Shown here in pieces: positions 57,265 to 64,000 of a stretch of 64,000 nt of DNA (within the stretch, counting starts at the first letter, position 1; each line of letters opens with the position of its first letter). The position numbers and the translations under genes are program-made. Below the pieces are notes generated by a model. The model searched no databases, had not been told where the DNA came from, and saw only the letters and a program-made list of their open reading frames with translations. Origin of the DNA: an uncultured Acidobacteriota bacterium (GTDB taxonomy: Bacteria; Acidobacteriota; Thermoanaerobaculia; Gp7-AA8); the NCBI GenBank assembly GCA_963793695.1, contig CAWCBB010000008.1:6833-70832 (forward strand). Reading direction: 5' to 3'.

Positions 57265-58645
57265 GTGCTCTCGACCCGACTCACGATCATCGCCGCGCTG
57301 TCGTTCTGCGCCGCCTCAGCCGCGCGCGCGGATGCCATCGACGACTACGTCAAGGAGCGGATGCGGCAGTTGCGCCTGCCGGGCCTCGCGCTCGCCGTCG
57401 TCCGCGACGGCGCCGTGGTCACGACCCGGACCTACGGCTCGGCCGATCTCGAGCGGAAGGCGCCGGTCACGCGCGACACCGTCTTCGAGCTCGGTTCGGT
57501 GACCAAGCAATTCACGGCGATGGCGGTCATGATGCTCGTCGAGGAAGGAAAGGTCTCTCTCGATGCGAGCATCGCGACATATCTTCCCGACGTCCCGGAT
57601 CACTGGCGGCGCATCACCGTCCGTCATCTGCTCACGCACTCGTCCGGGATCCAGGAGTATCTGAGCGTCCCCGACCTCGCCGAGAAGGTGCACGCGGCGG
57701 CCGACCACGACGAAATTACGCGGATCCTCTTCGAGAGCCTGCCGCTCGAGTTCGCCCCGGGCGACACCTGGGCCTACAGCAACAGCGGCTATTTGCTCCT
57801 CGGGAACATCATCGAGCGCGTGAGCGGAAAGTCGTACTGGGAGTTCCTGAGAGAGCGCGTGTTCGAGCCGCTCGAAATGCGCTCGACGCGCAGCAGCGAT
57901 CCGCGTGCGAAGATCAGGAATCGCGCGGCCGGCTACGGGTGGGCCGAGGGCCGTTTCGAATCGCGCGAGCCCGTGGCCGAGAACGCCTACGCGGCCGGCG
58001 CCATCGTGAGCACGATCCAGGACATGGCGAGGTGGGAAGCCGCGCTCCACTCGCGGCGGTTGCTGAAGGAGGCGAGCTACGAGGAGATGTGGACGCCCCT
58101 GAGCCTCAGCCGCGGCGGCACGCCGCCGTTCAGCTATGGATTCGGCTGGGTCATCGACAGGCACCATGGAGAGCCGGTGGTTCTCCACAGCGGCGGGACG
58201 CCCGGGTTCTCGTCGGCGATCCACCGCTATCTGAAGGACGGGGTCTCGGTGATCGTCCTCGCGAACGCCGGCGATCGGATCGTCGACCATCTCGCGCTCG
58301 ACATCGCCGGGCTCGCGGTTCCGGAGCTCGCCCGAGGGCGCTCGAGCGATCCGGATCGGGTTCGGACGGCGAGGCTCCTGAGGGCGATGCGGGATCTCAT
58401 CGGCGGCGAGCCGGACCCGGAGCTCTTCACCCCTGCGATGCAGCTCTTCCTGCGGACGGCGGCGGGCCGCGGCCTCTGGGAATGGGTCGGCTCGCATGGC
58501 GAGCTCACGGCCCTCACGTATGCGGGATCGAGCGGCGGGCGACGATGCGAAGCTGCGCTATCGCGCGCGCCTCGGCGACGCTCTGGTGTGGTTCAGCATC
58601 ACGGTGACGAAGCGCGGCGAGATCGCGCAGATCTACTGGTGGTGA
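57265..58645 (+). CDS. serine hydrolase, beta-lactamase class C / PBP family; one frameshift near nt 58535
   Basis: GTG start after AAGGGGGA. Signal peptide. FELGSVTKQFTAMAV (the SxxK motif)...YSNSGY... The C-terminus in a second frame is ...RYRARLGDALVWFSITVTKRGEIAQIYWW*. Confidence 0.8.
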
Positions 58646-58707
58646 TAACGGCCGATCGCGGGCTGCCCGCGGTGCGCGCGGCCGCGCAGGGCGTCTTCTC
58701 TCCCGTC

Positions 58708-59629
58708 TCACGCTGCAGCCGGAAGAATCTCACGGCGTTGTCGTAGAGAATGGCCGTCCTCTGCTCGTCGGTCAGATAGTCCGCCTGCTGAATCGCTTCG
58801 ATTCCCTGCCGCAGCTCGCTCACGCCACTGTCGGATCCGAGCATGACGCGGTCGGCGTATCCCGCCTCGACGATCCTTCGAAGCGCGGCGTGGAACGCCG
58901 GCCGGGGAATCGCCCACTGCAACACGGCGACGTCGACGTAGACCTGTGGATCGCTGGTGTAGATCGTCTCATCTCACCCCCCTGCATGATCGAAACGCGC
59001 AGGCGCTTGTGCCGCAGGAGCATGTCCTAGAAGAAGCGGGCTCCCGGCGGTCGCCCGGAAATTCGGCCGATTTCACTGCCGCGGGACTCGACGGATATGC
59101 GGCGCCGGGAGGCCCGAGGCCGAGATGGATCAGGACGGGGATGTCGAATTCCTCGGCGAGAGCGAAGTAGGGCTCGAGGCGCGGATCGTCCGGCGGGATC
59201 CCCAGGTATTGCGCGGTGATCTCACCGAGCGCGCGGATCCGACCGGCTTTCACTTCCTCGCGGAGCCATCCGATGTCGGGGAAGACCGCGCCCCCGGGAA
59301 AACAGGCTCTTCCCCAATTCGGCGCTTTGCCGTTTACAGGGGAAGAGCAATGCCGGGATGACGCGGTCGGGAAATTCCTTGCGCCAGACCGCGATCGCGT
59401 CGGGGACGCCGTTGACCACGAGATAGCTCACATTCATCGCGTCGAGCTCAGCCATCGTTTTCTGTCGCTTGCTCTTCGCCTCCGCGGTGTCGAGGTCCCC
59501 GGGGGCGAGGTCGGCATGCCAGTGGGCGTCGATGACGTGGGGTACCTCCGGAGCCGCGCTCTGAGCCGAGGCGATGGTCGTCGTGGTCGAGGGCCGCCAC
59601 AGAAATTTTCCATGATTCCTCCTCCGCAC
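58708..59629 (-). CDS. amidohydrolase-2 (TIM-barrel metal-dependent hydrolase) family protein; 2-3 frameshifts
   Basis: HVIDAHWHADLAP...VSYLVVNG, ..LGEITAQYLGIPPDDPRLEPYFALAEEFDIPVLIHLG, and ..VMLGSDSGVS...YDNAVRFFRLQR*, in three frames. Confidence 0.65.
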
Positions 59630-59979
59630 GGGGTCCCTCCTACCGCGCTCTTTGGGGTTCGAAGGGAGTATCTCGCCTCAGGGCCGCCCGCGCAAAACGG
59701 CGGCGACACGAAATCCTTTGACAATGTAACCACGGGATCCTGCGTTCCTCCTCCCACGAGCAGCGATCACCACGACACTGGCAAAGCCCCGGCGACGAGG
59801 CGGGCGTGACGTACCGGGCGAACGGGTGGTACGGGGGCCTCGCCGGCGCCGCTGCGCGAGGACGGGAGACGTCGCGGGGGAATGCGACGACTCGTGAACC
59901 CCGGCGGAACGACGGCCGCCGACTACCGTCTCGCCGCCGACTCGACGCGCACGGATTCAGTGGGCTGTAAAGTCGAGTG

Positions 59980-60015
59980 CTGTGCGGCGTGGGAAGCGCC
60001 GCGCCGCACAGCTAC
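59980..60015 (-). terminator. stem-loop AGCTGTGCGGCG-n10-CGCCGCACAGCT downstream of the dctQM stop
   Basis: A perfect 12-bp GC-rich inverted repeat 20 nt after the stop at 60037. There is no strong U-tract. Confidence 0.35.
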
Positions 60016-60036
60016 TGAATTCGATCGCGATGCGCA

Positions 60037-61877
60037 TCAGCGCACCAGTCTCGGAAGCGCCGTCGTCATCGCCGGGATGTACGTGATCAGGAGCACGCCG
60101 ATGAGCAGAACGCCGAGCATCGGCAGGACCGCTCGATACACCTCCGACAGTGGCACCTTGAACCGGTATGAGGAGAGAAAGAGGTTCATGCCGACCGGAG
60201 GCGTGAGGTAGCCAAGCTGCAGGTTCGCGATGAAGATGATCCCGAGGTGGACCGGATCGATTCCGAACGCCGCGCCGAGCGGAACGATCAACGGCACGAC
60301 GACGACGGTCGCGGAGAAGATGTCCATGAGGCAGCCGACCACCAGCAGGAAGAGATTCAGCAGGAGAAGGAAGAGAAGCTTCGATTGGATCGAGGCGGCA
60401 GTCCAGGCGACGAGCGCGGAAGGGATCTCGGCGTCGATCAGAAACCCGGCGAACCCGAGCGCGACCCCGAGAATCAGCAGGACTCCTCCGACGAGCAGGC
60501 CGCACTCCGCCAGAACGCGCGCCACGTCTCCGAAGCCTTTGTAGTCGCGATAGACGAGAGTCTCGATGACCAGTGCGTAGAGCGCGGTCAGAGCGGACGC
60601 TTCGACCGCCGTGGCGAACCCTCCGAAGAGAGCGACGAGGACGATCACCGGGAGGAGCAGCTCCCATTTTGCCGTCCATACCGCCGTCCATGCGCGGCGA
60701 AGCTCGAGCTCTCCCGCCCCGTCCGAACGGCGCGGGGCCCGGCGGACTCCCCACGCGATCGTCAGTGCCACGAGCAGCACGCCCGGGATGATTCCTCCGA
60801 GAAACATCTCTTCGAGCGCGACGCCGGCGACGACTGCGTAGAGGATCAGGGGAAGGCAGGGGGGAAGAGCAGGCCGAGCGATCCGGCGCCGGTGAGGAGC
60901 CCGAGGGAATCGCGGCGCGAGTAGCCCGAGGCGATGAGGACCGGCATGAGAAGACCGCCGAGCGCGAGAATCGTCACCCCCGAGCCGCCGGTGAACGAAG
61001 TGAAGAACGCGCAGGCGAGCGCCGTCACGATCGCGGCGCCGCCGCGGAGCCGGCCGAGGAGCGCATCGAAGACCGCGACGAGGCGCTTCGAGGCGCCTCC
61101 TTCCGCGAGCAGGTATCCCGCGAGGGTGAACAGCGGAATCGCGGGAAGCGACGCATTGGTGACGAGGGAGTAATGATTGACCGAGATCGCGCTGATCGGC
61201 ACGTCGGAGCCGTAGAACAGGATGACAGCGGCGCCGCCGAGGATGACGAAGATCGGCGTGCCGAGGATCGCGGCGCAGCCGAGGAGGACCAGCGCCGGGA
61301 TGACGAGCTGTGACGGCTCGACGGGAACGGCGAACGGTAGGGCGGTGACGAGGGCCGTCAGAGTGAGAGCGACGATCCGCGGCCGCCACCGCTCGCCGGA
61401 GAGCCACAGCAGCCGGAGCGCGATCGCGGCGAAGCCGAGCGGAAGAACGCACTGAACCGTCCACGTCGGAATGGAGTAGGCGATGGTCGTCTCGCTCTCC
61501 CGCTCCGAGAGGACGAGCTGAATGCTTCCGAGCGCGAGGAAGAATGAGATGCTCGCCGCGACCGCCCCGCTGAAGACGCGCGCGACGTCCAGCGTGCGTC
61601 CCTTCATGAACTCCGTAGTCGCGAGAGAGAGGAGGCGCCCCTCACGCGCCGCGATCGCCGCGCCCAGCATGCTCACGAGGAGTGTCAGGTGCTGCACGAT
61701 CGCCATCGATCCGGAGATCCCGATTCCCGCGATTCGCCGCAGGGCGGCCTCGAGGAGCGGGATCGCGACCATCGCGACGAGGACGAGCGAGACGGCGGCG
61801 TCCTCGACCGCCCGCAGCCGCGCGAAGCGCGGGACCGGTGAGCCGGGACATGCGGCGCCGAACGCGGAGTCAGTCAT
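60037..61877 (-). CDS. TRAP transporter fused small/large permease (DctQ-DctM fusion); one frameshift near nt 60855
   Basis: MTDSAFGAA.. DctQ-like (4 transmembrane helices), then DctM (..GGSGVTILALGGLLMPVLIASGY / ..FLSSYRFKVPLSEVYRAVLPMLG). Confidence 0.8.
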
Positions 61878-61898
61878 CGGGAACGCTCCTCGCGGAGA

Positions 61899-62972
61899 TC
61901 ACTTCGGCGCGCTCGGCGCGCTCTTTCCCTTCCGGAGATCCTGCAGCATTGCCTGGACCTCGTCGAAAAGCGGCGCCGGGACGATCGCGCCGCGAATCTG
62001 CCTGTAGCTCTTCTCCGCTTCGCGGATCCACTCCGCCTCGATCTCGGGCGTGACCTTGTGAACGGTCAGGCCCCGTTTGGCCATCGCCGCGACGGCCGAC
62101 TCGGCGGCGGCGTGGTTCTCCGCCTGCATCCTGCGGCCGGCGTTCGTCGCGACCCCGGCCAGCGTCTTCTGGAGCGCGGGATCGAGCTTGTTCCACGCCT
62201 GCTCCCGGATCACGACGGCGCCCACGAGCGGAGCCCATTTCAGATCGAGCATGTGCCCGGCGGGCTTCGGCGCGATCTGCAACGCATTCGCGGCGACCGG
62301 CGGAAGCACGACCGTGTCGATCATGCCGCTGAGCAGAGAGGGATGGATGTCGCTCGTCTCCAGAGACACCGGCTGGTAGCCGCTCTTCTTGTAGATGTCG
62401 ACCGTCGCCGGGTCCCCGGCCCAGGTGAAGATCTTCGCCCTCTTCAGATCCGCCGGATGGACGATCGGCTTCGTCGAGAAGAAGTGGACCCATCCGACGT
62501 CGGCCCAGAAGAGAACGACGAATTTCTTGCCGCGCAACGTGGAAGCCAGGCGAGGCTGGAGAGTCCGCCCGACCGCATCGACCTCCTCGTACGAACGGAA
62601 CATCATCGGCATGCTCTGGAGCGCCTGGACGGATTTATCGATGTCCGACAGGCCGACCACGGTCAGCATTCCGGCGTCGAGGATTCCGCCCCGCATCTCG
62701 CGCACCATCTGCGCCTCGCCGCCTCGCGCGCCGTCGGCGAAGATCTTGACCTCGAGCTTTCCGCCCGAGGCGCGCTCCCATTCGGTCGCCATGTCGCGCA
62801 GGATCTTCTCGAACGTGGAGCCGGTCGGGGCGAGCGTCCCGATCTTGATCGTCACGTCGGGTTTCGGCTTCGCGGCCTTCTTCGGCGGTCCTTTCTGCGC
62901 GGCGGTGAGAGGGAAGGCCAGCAGCAGCGCTGCGACCACCAGCAGGAGGGAACGAACCGGCTTTCGCTTCAT
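61899..62972 (-). CDS. dctP: TRAP transporter substrate-binding protein
   Basis: Signal peptide MKRKPVRSLLLVVAALLLAFPLTAAQ. DctP-family periplasmic domain. Clean. Confidence 0.8.
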   Translation of the reverse strand: MKRKPVRSLLLVVAALLLAFPLTAAQKGPPKKAAKPKPDVTIKIGTLAPTGSTFEKILRDMATEWERASGGKLEVKIFADGARGGEAQMVREMRGGILDAGMLTVVGLSDIDKSVQALQSMPMMFRSYEEVDAVGRTLQPRLASTLRGKKFVVLFWADVGWVHFFSTKPIVHPADLKRAKIFTWAGDPATVDIYKKSGYQPVSLETSDIHPSLLSGMIDTVVLPPVAANALQIAPKPAGHMLDLKWAPLVGAVVIREQAWNKLDPALQKTLAGVATNAGRRMQAENHAAAESAVAAMAKRGLTVHKVTPEIEAEWIREAEKSYRQIRGAIVPAPLFDEVQAMLQDLRKGKSAPSAPK

Positions 62973-64000
62973 GATGCGGCCTCCTCGGCCACTGGATGTG
63001 ATGCGGACGGGGGCGGAGGCGTCGCGGGTTCTTCGGCCTCCGCCGGCTGCGCCTCGGGCCCTTCGGGCTGCTCGTCCAGGATGAAAAAGTCGTCGATGTG
63101 GTCCAGGAGCCACTGCGCGCGCCGTTGCGAGAGAAGGTTGGCCACTCGCCACTCCGGCCGCGCGTCGACGTCGAGCTTCAGCGCCGCCTCGAGGAGCTCG
63201 CGGAACCGTTCATCGTCCTGCTCCTTCACGGCGACCGTCTCGGCGAGCGCAACGTACGGAGACACGAGCATTCCTCCCGAGAGCTCGACCGCCCGATCGA
63301 AGTGCTGCCTCGACCTCTCGGCCGGCGTCCCGGCCCCACCGGCGCGCGCTGACTCGTACGTGATGAGGAACGAGTGGATGGCTCCGCCGTCCCAGCTCTC
63401 GTCCAGCGCGAGCGCGCGGTCGATCAACGCCTCCACGAGAGGGAGATCCGCGACCATCTCGGGGTCGTCCTTCGCGAGCGAGATCGCGAGACCCCACGAC
63501 GCGGCCGTCCAGTAGAGGAGCGGGACATCGGCGCGCGTCGCCGTCACGACCGCGCTGCTGGTATCGCTCGCGAGAGCGGACGAAAAGCCGGGGTGCGCGG
63601 CGTCCAGGCCCCGCAATCCATATCCCCTGGCTCGAAGGTAGAGGCGCCTGGCGCGGTCCCGCTGATGGTCGGCCTCCTCCGGCTCGTCGTCCGCGATCTC
63701 CTCCGCCGGGAGCTGCACCCATCCGTACGCGTACTGGGTGAAGCCGGACGCGGTCGCGGTGAGAAGGCCGCGATGGTTCGGCGAATCCGCCAGGAGGCTC
63801 TCCATCAGCTTGAGGCTGAACGGCAGGGCGTCTCCGACGAGGTCGGGATCGTCATCGGCGGCGAACGTGGTGCCGCCCCGAGCGAGCGCGTCGCCGATGC
63901 GGTTCACGGCCATCGTCTGGATCGAGCAGCCGGAGAGGAAGAGAATCGAGAAGGATGCTGCCAGAAGGTTTCGGGCGAACCTGCTGCCCGCCGGTCGCTC
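62969..64000 (-). CDS. TRAP-transporter-associated TPR-like protein (TatT family); 5' end lies outside the window or at its edge
   Basis: Lipobox ..LFLSGCS. ...LPFSLKLMESLLADSPNHRGLLTATASGF...LPLVEALIDRALALDESWDGGAIHSFLITYES. Adjacent to dctP and dctQM. Confidence 0.6.
   Translation of the reverse strand, partial: ERPAGSRFARNLLAASFSILFLSGCSIQTMAVNRIGDALARGGTTFAADDDPDLVGDALPFSLKLMESLLADSPNHRGLLTATASGFTQYAYGWVQLPAEEIADDEPEEADHQRDRARRLYLRARGYGLRGLDAAHPGFSSALASDTSSAVVTATRADVPLLYWTAASWGLAISLAKDDPEMVADLPLVEALIDRALALDESWDGGAIHSFLITYESARAGGAGTPAERSRQHFDRAVELSGGMLVSPYVALAETVAVKEQDDERFRELLEAALKLDVDARPEWRVANLLSQRRAQWLLDHIDDFFILDEQPEGPEAQPAEAEEPATPPPPSASHPVAEEAAS

Overview
This is a 64 kb, high-GC (about 68%) bacterial chromosomal segment, gene-dense, with most genes on the minus strand. 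The phylum is not assignable from sequence alone. The content is mostly housekeeping. A partial 2-oxoacid dehydrogenase E1-alpha and lpdA open the window. They are followed by a roughly 2,900-aa secreted beta-helix/cadherin-like adhesin with near-identical tandem repeats, thrC, an MglA-family GTPase, nadA and a GHL10 lipoprotein. Further on come tRNA-Leu(UAA), an acyl-CoA dehydrogenase, and rpoD-dnaG, which is separated from mutS2-rpsU by a small degraded island (toxin-antitoxin remnants, a MITE-like element and an integrase C-terminal fragment). Then come udk, a squalene/phytoene-synthase-like gene with an FAD oxidoreductase, murJ, oppDF and a tolC-yip1-macA-macB efflux cluster. The window ends with efp, pilT, recX, alaS, a SAM methyltransferase, a pyrimidine-dimer glycosylase, a Ser/Thr kinase fused to a TolB_N/TPR domain, a beta-lactamase-family hydrolase, an amidohydrolase and a TatT-associated TRAP transporter (dctP-dctQM-tatT). 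The most unusual signal is non-coding. At least five families of tandem heptanucleotide arrays, (AAATGCA)n, (GCAGATT)n, (GTTCTCC)n, (GGGAGTC)n and (TCCGAGG)n, recur in intergenic regions, mostly as inverted pairs able to form 25-40 bp hairpins. They sit at gene ends, between operon genes, abutting a tRNA, and directly before the start codons of mutS2 and alaS. There is also a 23-bp GC-rich REP-like palindrome (3 loci) and a MITE-like element of about 200 bp (2 copies). Caveat: many genes, including essential ones (alaS with more than 10, rpoD with about 6, lpdA, thrC, nadA, pilT, oppF), carry single-nucleotide frameshifts while neighbours are intact. This looks like indel noise from sequencing or assembly rather than real pseudogenisation. 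CDS coordinates are therefore full-gene spans with the frameshift noted.
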